A stretch of DNA of 64,000 nt, from the NCBI RefSeq assembly GCF_006345805.1, contig NC_042999.1, positions 117,800,001 to 117,864,000 on the forward strand. Direction: 5' to 3'. This document shows positions 52,051-64,000 of the stretch, one piece after another. Under the pieces are notes generated by a model, which saw only the letters and a list, made by a program, of their open reading frames with translations, made no database searches and was not told the DNA's origin. This DNA is from Octopus sinensis. Its lineage: Eukaryota. A program made the position numbers and the translations under genes. Numbering within the stretch: position 1 is the stretch's first letter; the number at the start of each line of letters is the position of its first letter.

Positions 52051-53164
52051 TATATATATATGTGTGTGTGTTTGCATGCATGTATGTATTTGTGGGCATG
52101 TATGTATATATTATAGTGCTTACCTGTGTGGAGTGGTACCATCGACTTAGTACTTACATAAACATGTCGGAGAGGCATATATATCACAACGTCACTTCTC
52201 TTTCTCACAAATCTTTAATCCCCAACAACTGAATACTATTTATGCATGAAATGCTTTTTCATCGATGTGTGGAAGAATGGAAAAACCAAAATGGTTGTTT
52301 TGATTGTATGTTATTCCTAATAGCAACAACAACATACTGGAAATAACTCAAGTACATTCAATCAAAATTCGAACCAGCCATCTCGATTTGGAACTTGAGT
52401 TAGTTTTTTTTTTTTTAATTTATAACTAATAACTTAACATCCGTGCTTTTGGCAAGGTATCAGACCGGATAAATGACGTCTAGATTCCGTAATTGCTACA
52501 TCTAAACGTATTCAAGAATATGTTGAGCTTTGTCAATATATTTATTTTACATTTGTAAGGCAAGCGGATAAACGTGATACGTCTCATTTTATTCTATTTA
52601 TGGTGGGTCTTATTTGTTTCTATCTTTCTTACTGTAGTCTATTTTAGCAACGAAGGATTTACCTTAATTAAGAAACTAACATGTTTTCAATCCCCTCAGT
52701 TTGCCTATTCATTATTCCAAACCCAGCACACTACGAGCCACTTCTTCGGAACAGAGAAAATCTGCATAATGGAAAAGAAATTTTGACGTTCTGTCTTTCT
52801 TTAACCTACTACAAAATGCTTTGCTTCAAAGCAGAGATGATCAATACCCCCGTAAAAAAAGCAAATAAATTAATGAAGAGTTTAAATGTGTCAAGTGAAT
52901 GCACGTAGCAGCAACAAAATGCCAAGCTTTAGTAGTTGTTAATTGTTGCAACATTTGTATGCGTGCATTAAATTGTATTATTTGTGTTTAATATCTACGC
53001 CAGTATTAAGGGAGCGATCAGACAGAATCTTTAGTTCACCGGGCAATATACTTAGCAGAATTTCGTCCATCATTACAGAAAATTTTGAAGCAATTTTAAA
53101 ATCTCAGAATATGTGATAGTAACAGGGAAGACCATAGAAAAGTAGAGACAGACAGTTATAGGGC

Positions 53165-53214
<50 letters not shown>

Positions 53215-54299
53215 TACACACATTTGCAAACGTAGACACACGTAATCATGAGTTGAAAATGGTGTATAGTAGACAAATGTTTGTATGTTTATGAGTATGT
53301 ATGTTTGCGTGCATATATTTATATATATGTACGTATGGGTGTAGAAAAGCCACCTACCCCGTCTCCCCTTAAAGCTACATATTCCTCACACCCACCTTAC
53401 ACTCCCTTCGTCAGCGTTTTAAAAGTTGTGTGTGTATGCATGCATGTATCTATGAAACGCAAAGTCCTCTCCCTGGCGGATTTTATGTTTATTTTATATA
53501 ACAATTCCTTTTGCATTTTTGTAGAAGTGTGCACATATGCCATAAATAAATGCTGCTACTGGACTTCAGGTTTATCCCGGAAGTTCTGTTTCTGTTAGAT
53601 GCAGTAAATAATCTATAAAACCTTAAAACTGAATTTGTAAACCAGAACTATGGTGACACGAACGAATTGAAATATTTGGCTGAATCATCATAAAATTAAC
53701 TTTCATTTCAATGCAATGTTGAAATCAACCTCAATGCTTTATAGCCTGAACCGCCAGTGACCCAACAGGTCATGGGTAGTCTAGTAGTATATAAATGTGT
53801 GCGTGCGTTTCTATATATATGTATATTAAGATATTTATTTCACAACCATTTGACTCTGGGTTCCATCCCATTAAGAGATGCACTAGGATAAGTGTTTTCT
53901 ACAGAAGTCATTAGTTAGCCACTTATATAGAAATATCATACAGCCAAACATACATACATACATACATACATACATACATACATACATACATACATACATA
54001 CATACATACATACATACATACATACATACATGTTCAATAACACTCGAGAACTACCAAACAGTTTCATTCAAATTTTACATTTAACTTACTTAGAGTCCAT
54101 GCATTGTCGTGAGAAAAAGTTTTAACTTCTTGCCTAATGCAAGCCCAGAGAAATCTCTAATCGCTTACACTATTTCGGTATTACGTGTTGAAAACTGAAA
54201 TAAGTTCTCTATTGTAAAGTGAGATAATACTTTCAGTTTAATACTTTCACTATTATATATTTTGACTATCAATACTGGAACTATTATCTCACATATATC

Positions 54300-54359
<60 letters not shown>

Positions 54360-54718
54360 AATATTATGTATTTATATATATCTATATATATATATGTTTA
54401 TATTTATATATACATGTCTATATGTGTACATGTATAGATATCTATGTATACATGCATATGTATAGATATATGTGTATGTATATAGGTGTATATATATATG
54501 TGTATACATATAGATGTATATGTATATATATGTGTGTGTGTGTGTATATATGTATGTATATATATATTGATGTTCATATATATGTATGCATGTATATATA
54601 TATGTGTATATATATAGATATATATATATAGATAGATAGATAGATTGATAGATAGATAGATGAACATTTGTAGATGTATATATATAGATGTCTATGTATA
54701 TGTATATATATATATGGA

Positions 54719-54764
<46 letters not shown>

Positions 54765-54874
54765 CATGTATGCATAAATATACGTATGCATGTATATGTG
54801 TCTGTATATGCGTACATATATATGGATGTATATATATATGTCTTTATATATGTGTACATATATATGTATGTATG

Positions 54875-54917
<43 letters not shown>

Positions 54918-55925
54918 CTGTGTGTGTACAGCTACACACACTATGTTTTGAAGTGGAAAAAGTCCCACCAAAATCTGATGCGATGATACAAGTATTATCG
55001 CAGCTGTCTGGCGAGTGGTCACGTGAAACTGAAGACCAGTTTCAAAAGAATCGGGGGGGGGGGGGTAATAAATAGTATATTACTCTACCTTTGTTATTCG
55101 AGTGCTATTTTTTCACCTTTATTTTGCATGTATGTTCCTACGTATATATAGAGAGATAAATAGATATGTACATGTAACAAACATAATCGGATAAGTGAAT
55201 ACCAGCGGGAGCTTAAAAACGAGGAAAGCTCGTCAGTTCTCTACCGACATGCTCGATTTAAACATGGAGGCTGGTTTGATGACATAGGTGTTACGATTTT
55301 ATCGACAGATAGAACAAACACTACAAATTACGTAGGCTACACACATAACAGAAGGTAGACCATTCCTCAACAGAAAACGTGAATGAAGTAATAAATCTAC
55401 CACTCCAGCACATTACGCAACCTGATGACTAAAGACAGAATAAGTAAGCAAAATAAATAAGCAAATAAAAGATCCGGGTGTAAACAGTGTAGTATACATA
55501 ATCAATATACACACATTACATATACAAAAGACTGAACGAGAAAAAGAAACCAAATAAATAAATGAATAATAGATAGCGTAATGTAGAAACCCATATGCAC
55601 ATACACAAAACACACACGCACCTTCTGAACACATAGCCACACACACGCACAAACACAGATAGGGATACATACCACAGAATGACAAAATGGAATAGACAAG
55701 ACAAGAGAAGACACAAAGGACAGAAAATCGTTGAAGATGTCACAGAATGCATGATGAAAGAACTCTTACAAATAAATTTAAACAAGAGTAATATTGATAG
55801 GGCTAAAGTGAAGACCAAATATAAATTGCATGTGTTTGATTGGCAAAAGATGACCATACACAAATATAACTATATAATATGTACATACATACATACATAC
55901 ATACATACATACATACATACATACA

Positions 55926-55966
<41 letters not shown>

Positions 55967-56211
55967 GTAAATACCGAACGAGTGTTGAACATGGCATTGG
56001 TGGATATACTTTATTTGTGAATTAAGGCTACTATTGGTTTCATGTAAAAAGAATGTAGGAAAATATCCTAGTTTCTTAACAATTTTTCAATTTGGAGATT
56101 ACTTGGAAAGCTGGAAAGAAGAAAACAGTCTCGCTGGCATTGTTTGCATGTTTATCTCCCTTAAATTTATTTCTTGCATTTGTTCTGGACATGGTGTACA
56201 CACACACAAAA

Positions 56212-56251
<40 letters not shown>

Positions 56252-57049
56252 GTATGTGTACACACACACTCATAAAATTATTAAAATTATAATTAAGAGA
56301 ACCGAAGAAATATCACCATGACAAAAATTGCAGTCAAATCCTGACTCTAAAACAACATAAAGTATTCATACAACATATGTGAAAACATACATGAAAAAAT
56401 TAAATTAACCAAAACATTTAATGGATGATCCTAGATCGACGATTTCTGTTTATATATTTACATACTCTACCTCCTCATTCAGATATACCAAAATTAGTAC
56501 ATAATTACATATATATACATACAACATGCGAATAATTTACCTATACGCATGTATACATACATACATATATATGTACGTATATACTAATCAATTCACTTGT
56601 CCATCCTACACCATATGCTATAAGGTCAAAAATATTACCGCAGTGAATATGACGAAGTCATATAAAAAGGATAAGACCATTATCTAAAATATGCAGTGGC
56701 CAGCATAGAAAAAACTTATAGGTAATAATTATTATTAAAATTATAATTCAGGATAACGAAGAGATACCAGCATACCAAAAATAGCAGTCAAAACCTGATT
56801 CTAAAATCATATCAAGTATTCATATAGCACAGGTCAAAAGATAAATGAACAAATAAATTAACAATACATACATACATACATACATACATACATACATACA
56901 TACATACATACATACATACATAAATATATATATATATGAAGGTTACAAACTTCATTAAAGGATTGCAAAATCCTATGAAATTACTTGTTAGTTACCTATA
57001 CAAAGAATGTTGAACACTACAGTTAATATTCAACACACACTTACCCAAC

Positions 57050-57082
<33 letters not shown>

Positions 57083-57085
57083 GTT

Positions 57086-57248
57086 CGACGGGCTTCTTTC
57101 AGTTTCCTTCTACCATATCCACTCACAAATCTATGGTCGGCCCGAGACTATAGTAGAAGTCAGTTGCCCAAGGTGCCACGCAGTGTGACTGAACCTGGAA
57201 CCATGTGGTTAGTAAGCAAGCTACTTGCCACACAGCCACTCCTGCGCC
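57086..57248 (-). mobile_element. SINE family T, 5' half
   Basis: Ends in CACACAGCCACTCCTGCGCC, the reverse complement of the family head. Stops at the internal microsatellite. Confidence 0.85.
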
Positions 57249-57344
57249 TATATGTACAGTTATTATTAATATTTAATAAGGTGGAAGACATTCCAGGCAA
57301 TCTATTACTTATTGTAAATATCAAAAGGGTTAAAAGACATAACT

Positions 57345-57410
57345 TATATTTTAACTTAGATTATTACTTTAGATTATTATTACTTTAGATTATTATTACT
57401 TTAGATTATT
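57345..57410. repeat. Short minisatellite (TTAGATTATTACT-like unit, about 4 copies)
   Basis: Directly visible. Confidence 0.85.
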
Positions 57411-58059
57411 CCCAGCAAGCAGTTCTTTAGCTCTTCACCTCTATATGAAATACCTACTTCCGGTTTTGAGGGCATTATATTTAGCTATTTAAATAATCGT
57501 ACTAAGTTTTAATTAATCTTCTTGAACTGACCCATATTTAAGCCCTTCTTATTACTTTTATAAGCCTATATTTACTTCCTTTTAATTCTTATTTATTTAT
57601 GTTAATTACTATATCTCTTTACTTGAGCCTCTTAACATATTTGCATCCGGTACCTCACTAAGGGAACGTTGCATATCTGAAACTTTAAAATGTTTGTCTA
57701 ATTGTTCCTTATCTTTATTAATCTAGCTCAATAATAATTCTTTAAGTAGTGAAAAACTATAATTTGTAAGTCTTTATTCATTCATTTATTTTTCTCTATC
57801 TCTTCTTAATTTTACTATATTTTATTTTGTTTATTTTGTTTTATTCTTGATTATATTTTTTAAAATATATATACCCTAGCATTAAGTTAATATATCTTAT
57901 AAGTCTTTTAACCCTTTCGATGTTTACAATAAATAATAGATTACCTGGAATTTTATTAATTAATTTTCTGAAGGATTTGAATTGAAACAGCTGTAAGATA
58001 TGTTTGTCAATGTTTTAATTAATAAGTAATATTTTATTCTCTCTCTGTTTTCTTATCTT

Positions 58060-58124
<65 letters not shown>

Positions 58125-58130
58125 ATTTAT

Positions 58131-58475
58131 TCTTTTACTTGTTTCAGTCTTTTTACTGCAGCCATGCCGGAGCACCACCTATAGTCGAACAAATCGACCC
58201 CACGACGTATTCTTTTTAAACCGAGTACATATTCTATCGGACTCTTTTGTCGAGTCGCTAAGTTACGGTGACGTAAACACATCAACAGCGATTTTCAAAC
58301 GGTGGTGGGGAGACAAACACAGATACACAAACATATACGTATATATATGACGGACTTCTTTCAGATTCCGTCTACCAAATCCACTCACAAGGCTGTGGTC
58401 GACTCGAGACTATAGCAGAAGACAACTATGCAAGGTGCCACGCAGTGGGACTGAACCCTAACCATGTGCTTGGGA
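58131..58475 (-). mobile_element. SINE family T, near full-length diverged copy
   Basis: Collinear with 42333-42790. Confidence 0.85.
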
Positions 58476-59478
58476 AAATAAAGATTTACGTGCTCATGCA
58501 TATATACCTACTTCATTGATTTGTCATTGGTCGGCCCTGGGATGCAGTACTAAACAGTAAACATTTGTATAAGGTACCCTGCTTTTGGACTAAGCATGAA
58601 ACCAGCAGTAGAGATGTGTTTTTTACCGACAATATGCGATGTAACTACACAACAATATTTGTACCTAAATATATGTGTGTATATGTATGCATGTGTGTGT
58701 GTGCGTGTGTGTATATAAATACAAAACATCCATTATCTAGATATCCGTAGACGAGTATCACCCATATCAGAATTGGAATATGAATCACGCAATATGAATT
58801 CATGGTATAATATACAAATAAATCATCGTAAACCAAGAAACTAAGAACCCCATCACAAGTTTAACCAAACAAGAACTAGAATTACAATGCTGGAGGACAC
58901 CTTCAAACCATTTAATACAAAATAAAAAATAGTATAGTCAACAAGTACATCAACAATATGTGTCCCATCCTCCGCTGCTTAACGAATATCATTATATTTA
59001 CGACACATGCATGATACCATTCAAACCTGCATATACGTACATGCATATGAATGTGTGTGTGTATGTGTGTATATGCATGCCTAAATATGTATGTGTATGT
59101 ATATATATATATATCATATTGGTATACGAACTCGTATCATGTATATATCATATTTTACGTACACGTTCGTGAGAAGAAAAGAATACACAAAATAAATAAA
59201 TAAATAATTTAGCTCTTCACTAAAGAGAATGCAAATTTTATGTGTGTATGTGCGTTTGTGTCTGGGTATCTGTGTGTGTGTGTGTCTGCATATATGCGTT
59301 GGAGAGTGAAAGTGAAAGTGAAAGAAAGCTCACAAGTTTATAAATTTGTTTCTATCATATTGATTTCCACAGAGGTTTTGTAGATCAATACGAGTGATAT
59401 AACTCCTAAATTAATAAACCATATGTATACGTTTGTGTGCGCTTGTGCGAGTGCTTGTGGATGTATGAGTGTGCGTGC

Positions 59479-59515
<37 letters not shown>

Positions 59516-60340
59516 TGTATTTATAGGCTTTCCTGTTAGCATTCCACCAAGATCAAAGGACGATGTTCAGTGAATAGATGTTAAATAACTTCTCGCAAAA
59601 TCAAAACCAATATGCTCGGAAGAACAGTCGATTACAAACGATATGGTTTCCTCGCGAAGCTTCTTTATACAGAAATTTTCATTTTAGAATCGTTTCATAT
59701 TTTATTATTCAAATATATTTTTCCTGGAATCGGTAATGACATGATAAGCGAAGCTAACGATGCGATGCTGAAGTTAACGATGTAATTCCAAAGCTTCCTG
59801 AAGCCTGACATAGTTGATCTCAAATTGCTGGTGATGTATAATCATCGGAACTTGATGAAGTCTAAATAAAAGGACAATGACATTCTATTTATCATAATAG
59901 CTTAGTTATCTATTACTGTTATTTATTTTATTTTATAATTATACACTTGACTGTAAATCCGTTTGTTTGATATAGCAATTTTACTTTTGAGCTATTTTAA
60001 GAGATTTTCCTGCACATAGGTACATAGAATCCCAGCAGAAGAATATTCACTTCTCGTTTGAAATTTTTCATGAAATAACATTTACTGTTAAATATATCTA
60101 TTGGAGTCGTTTACGTTGGACTGTAAACCTTCCCAAGTAAACGGGTGTATATTTCGTATGTACAGCCATATTTATCTATTGATTAACGAAGACACTCTGA
60201 GGTGATTAATGTGTTGTTTTAGTATATTCTCATACATGCTACGCTCCGTGATGAGTAGAAAAAGGGAATTAGAGAAGGATGGGGAAGAAAATAATATAGG
60301 ATAGAGTCGCACCAAAAAGTTTAAGATAAACTTACTTGGA

Positions 60341-60415
<75 letters not shown>

Positions 60416-60807
60416 AACTGAAAACCACAGAGCTCAAAATGGACCACCGACCATACCTCCCGAGAATCAAAATAAACAAAATAACAACACCTATTATAAA
60501 CAGCATAAACCTAGCCGTCACTGAACTGATAGCCACTGAATAAAAAAAAGTGATATCACTGAGCTAAATAACCTAATATACGCAGCAGCCACTGCAGCCA
60601 CAAAAGAAGCTGGATACTTACCCAAACCCGCCCAAACAGGAGTACCACCACCCAAACAAACCCTGTGGATAAATAACATCCAAAGCAAAATTAAAAAAAA
60701 TTAGAAAAGACCTGTCGATTCTTAATGAAATCAGCAAACAATCAACGCTACTGGGCAACAAAAAGAGAACAAAAATACTCCGCAAATATAACATCACAGA
60801 GAAAGAT

Positions 60808-63129
60808 TTGCCTGAAATAAAAGAAAAGCTGAAGCAAGATATCCTTGCCAAAGCACAAAGGATCCGCCGGTACAAGAAACGCCAACGCTTCTTTGAAGAA
60901 AACAAAAAGTTCAACTCTAACCCCAAAAAATTCTACCAAGAACTGGGAAAAAACAAAATAGAAGTCACTGCAGCACCAACGGCAGAAGAATTGGAAGAAT
61001 TCTGGAGAGAAATATGGTCAGCGAACGAACCACCAAAAAAAAGGAGTATCAGAATAACAAACTCGGCATCTGAACAACTTTGGACCCCCATAACAACTGA
61101 AGAGGTCACCCAGGCACTGCAAAGACTAAGCAACTGGAAGGCACCTGGGCATGACAAGATCCCCAACTTCTGGTTGAAATATCTAACAGGAATGCACAAA
61201 AAGCTGGCTGAAAACTTTAACAAAGTACTAGCAGAGCCAGAGACAATGCCAGAATGGCTCACGAAGGGGAAAACCATCTTAATTCCCAAATCAAATGAAA
61301 CAGAAAAACCAGAAAACTACAGACCAATAACCTGCCTCCCTACTATGTTCAAGGCATTTACTGCAGTGATATCACAAAGGCTGAACAAGCACCTGGACGA
61401 AAACAAACTGTTCCCAGAAGAGCAGAAAGGATGCCGCAAAGGCTCATATGGCTGTAAAGATCAACTAATGATTAATAAAGCCGTAACTGAAGACAGCCAC
61501 AGAAAGAAGAAAGGCCTCAGTATGGCCTGGATTGACTACAAAAAGGCGTTTGATAGCATCCCCCACACATGGATCCTCGAAACACTAGCCATTAACAAAG
61601 TAGCACCAACAATCATAAAATTCATAGAGCACTCTATGAATAAATGGCAAACAGTCCTACACCTCCAAACAAAAGAGGGACTCATGAAAACCAAAGACAT
61701 CCCCATTAGAAGAAGAATATTCCAGGGAGACACGCTCTCTCCACTCCTTTTCTGCTTGGCACTGTCACCTCTATCTGATATGCTAAATAGAACTGGATGC
61801 GGATATAAATGTTACGGCAAAACGATCAGCCACGTTTTATATATGGATGACCTAAAACTATACGCTGCAAATGACAAACAGCTGGAAACACTATTAAAGA
61901 CAGTTCATGGATTTACCAAAGAAATAGATATGAAATCTGGATTAGAAAAATGCGCCAAAGTAACCCTGAAAAGAGGAAAACTAGTTAAGAGTAACAACAT
62001 CACACTAGATAAAACCAATGAAATAAAAGAATTAGACCAAAGCCAAACTTACAAATACTTAGGAATCCATGAACTAGATAAGACACAACACACACAAATG
62101 AAAGAGAAAATAAAAAAAGAATATTATAGACGAGTTAGATCAATACTAAACACAGAGCTCAATGCTAAAAACAAGATAATAGGTATCAACACTTTAGCTG
62201 TCCCAGTTATAAGTTACAGCTACAATATCCTTAACTGGACACGAAATGAACTGACCAAAATAGATAGGAAAACAAGAAAAATAATGACAGGATCTAGGAT
62301 GCATCACCCAAAATCTGACATAGAAAGACTATATATACAACGTATAGAAGGTGGTAGAGGCCTTATACAGCTGGAAAACTACTATAAAACAACCACCATA
62401 GGACTGCAAAAATATCTACTTCAGAAGGAAGGAAAACTGATCCAGATAGCGGCAAAACACGAGCAAAACAAAAAACTGTTCTCAGTATTTAAGGAAGCTG
62501 ACAAATACAAACAAGAAATCATACCACCTAATAAACATGAAGAAGAAGAAGAAGATGAAGAAACAACAAAAGCTATAAAACAAATGAAATCCAAACTAAA
62601 AATAGAACAGCAACGAACCATGATAAAACGATGGCAAGAAAAGCCCCTTCATGGTAAATACTGCACTAAACTAAACGCAAAAGAAATAGACAAAGAAAAA
62701 TCCCAGCAATGGTTGAGAAACTCAGGACTCAAATCAGAAACAGAGGGATTTTTAATTGCAGCACAAGACCAAAGCCTCCCCACCAGAAATTACCAAAAAC
62801 ATGTAATGAAAATAAATATTACAAGTAACTGCAGAATATGTGGAGATGGACAAGAAACAATAAATCATATTATCTCTAGCTGCCCAGTCTTGACTAAGAA
62901 GGAATATATTCACAGACATGACAGAGTTGGAACCTACATACACTGGAAGCTATGCCAACATTATGGAATAACAACAGAAAAAAGATGGTATAGGCACACA
63001 CCAGAAAAGGTCACAGAAAACGAGAAAGCAACCATACTCTGGGATATGCCGATACACACAGATACAGAAATTAAGGCCAACAGACCAGATATAGTTGTCA
63101 GAGATCATGAAGAAAAAAATGCTTTCTAA
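60808..63129 (+). CDS. Reverse transcriptase + CCHC knuckle + start of restriction-like endonuclease (main open segment of the R4/Dong ORF)
   Basis: 773 open codons containing KAPGHD, NYRPITCL, WIDYKKAFDS, IFQGDTLSPLLF, YMDDLKLY, YKYLG, CRICG..ETINHIISSC and RPDIVV. The frame continues upstream to 60415 across two compensating 1-bp indels. Confidence 0.92.
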   Translation: MPEIKEKLKQDILAKAQRIRRYKKRQRFFEENKKFNSNPKKFYQELGKNKIEVTAAPTAEELEEFWREIWSANEPPKKRSIRITNSASEQLWTPITTEEVTQALQRLSNWKAPGHDKIPNFWLKYLTGMHKKLAENFNKVLAEPETMPEWLTKGKTILIPKSNETEKPENYRPITCLPTMFKAFTAVISQRLNKHLDENKLFPEEQKGCRKGSYGCKDQLMINKAVTEDSHRKKKGLSMAWIDYKKAFDSIPHTWILETLAINKVAPTIIKFIEHSMNKWQTVLHLQTKEGLMKTKDIPIRRRIFQGDTLSPLLFCLALSPLSDMLNRTGCGYKCYGKTISHVLYMDDLKLYAANDKQLETLLKTVHGFTKEIDMKSGLEKCAKVTLKRGKLVKSNNITLDKTNEIKELDQSQTYKYLGIHELDKTQHTQMKEKIKKEYYRRVRSILNTELNAKNKIIGINTLAVPVISYSYNILNWTRNELTKIDRKTRKIMTGSRMHHPKSDIERLYIQRIEGGRGLIQLENYYKTTTIGLQKYLLQKEGKLIQIAAKHEQNKKLFSVFKEADKYKQEIIPPNKHEEEEEDEETTKAIKQMKSKLKIEQQRTMIKRWQEKPLHGKYCTKLNAKEIDKEKSQQWLRNSGLKSETEGFLIAAQDQSLPTRNYQKHVMKINITSNCRICGDGQETINHIISSCPVLTKKEYIHRHDRVGTYIHWKLCQHYGITTEKRWYRHTPEKVTENEKATILWDMPIHTDTEIKANRPDIVVRDHEEKNAF

Positions 63130-63397
63130 TTGATGTATCAATACGGCTGATGACAACGTGTCTCTAAAAGAAATGGAGAAACTCTCAAAATACAAAGACC
63201 TGGAAATAGAGGTAACTAGAATGTGGAATCTGAAAACAGAAACAATTCCTATCATAGTAGGTACATTAGGCATGATAAAAAAATATTCAGACAAATACAT
63301 AACAAAAACACCAGGATTTACAAACACATATAACATACAAAAAATTGCACTACTAGGCACTGCACACATCCTACGCAGAACACTTTCCATACAATAA
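63120..63397 (+). CDS. Frameshifted C-terminal RLE segment of the same ORF
   Basis: CFLIDVSI / ADDNVSLKEMEKLSKYKDLEIEVTRMW...PIIVGTLG...LGTAHILRRTLSIQ*. Two -1 indels at about 63119 and 63143. Confidence 0.85.
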
Positions 63398-63522
63398 CCA
63401 TCAGAGCATCACAACAAATCACAGCACATACCCAAGGCACACAGAGCTGTGCTCGGTAGTGAAGTGAAAGCACGCTATAAAAATAAAACTACTGAATAAT
63501 AATGATAATAATAATAATAATA

Positions 63523-63583
<61 letters not shown>

Positions 63584-64000
63584 GATATATAGGCATATAT
63601 GGGTTCCCCATTCTCCTCTTATTCCCTTTTCCCTCCCATTTCCCACACGTAGCCATCCGCTATCTCGCTTATCCTCGCGTGACCATCTTTCTTTTCCTGC
63701 ACGATGTTCTAAAGACTGGATGTTTTCTATCTATCTCTCTCTTCTATTTCTATCTATCTTGATCTTCCACCTTTTCCCTTTACAAAGAAAATATTTCTCC
63801 CAACGTTCTCTATTTACCTCTCGTTCTGCTATAACGACCGTCTATGTTTATTTTCGTTCGGTTTCCTTGTATTTCTCCACTGTCCTCTTTTCCATTTTTT
63901 CTCTCGTTGTTTGCGTATTTAACTCTTTTGTTTCCGTACTTCATGTTATTTACACAGTTGGTGACGTTCTGTATCCATATATGCACACACACACACACAT

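Larger units (their letters stand above)
60413..63496 (+). mobile_element. 5'-truncated R4/Dong-clade non-LTR retrotransposon inserted in (TAA)n
   Basis: Single ORF with RT, CCHC and RLE domains, a 3' UTR of about 100 bp, and (TAA)n at 60342-60412 and from about 63495. Confidence 0.93.

Noticed and set aside
52697-52800. Candidate exon after a pyrimidine tract and CAG
   Set aside because: No convincing donor site and no recognisable peptide in any frame.
1-64000. Most six-frame ORFs (YI, CV, HT, poly-L/S/K/I/Y/N/M)
   Set aside because: They are translations of microsatellites, with no domain content or splice support.
1-64000. CRISPR arrays, rRNA, true tRNA genes, prokaryotic operons
   Set aside because: No repeat-spacer array or rRNA-like sequence was seen. 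The tRNA-like boxes belong to SINE heads and do not give a full cloverleaf.

Overview
This is AT-rich, microsatellite-saturated animal DNA. The repeat families look octopus/coleoid-like, which is my recollection and not a database result. I found no host protein-coding exon I can support, and most six-frame ORFs are translated microsatellites. The window is a transposon-rich intergenic or intronic tract with five groups of elements. (1) A near-intact, 5'-truncated R4/Dong-clade non-LTR retrotransposon (RT + CCHC + restriction-like endonuclease) sits inside (TAA)n at 60.4-63.5 kb, with several older R4-type fragments, most of them also in (TAA)n. (2) A decayed L1/Tx1-like element is on the minus strand. 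(3) There are four mariner relics, one nested inside another, and one maT/DD37D-like relic. (4) Three tRNA-derived SINE families are present. (5) Penelope-like noncoding repeats occur in inverted and direct arrangements. The most interesting unannotated signal is three separate type I hammerhead-ribozyme-like folds (7.0 kb +, 9.35 kb -, 46.6 kb +), plus weaker relics and a 1.3-kb noncoding element bounded by LTR-like repeats. Together they suggest Penelope/retrozyme-type elements carrying self-cleaving RNAs. Each fold has defects, so activity is unproven. All alignments and folds were done by eye.
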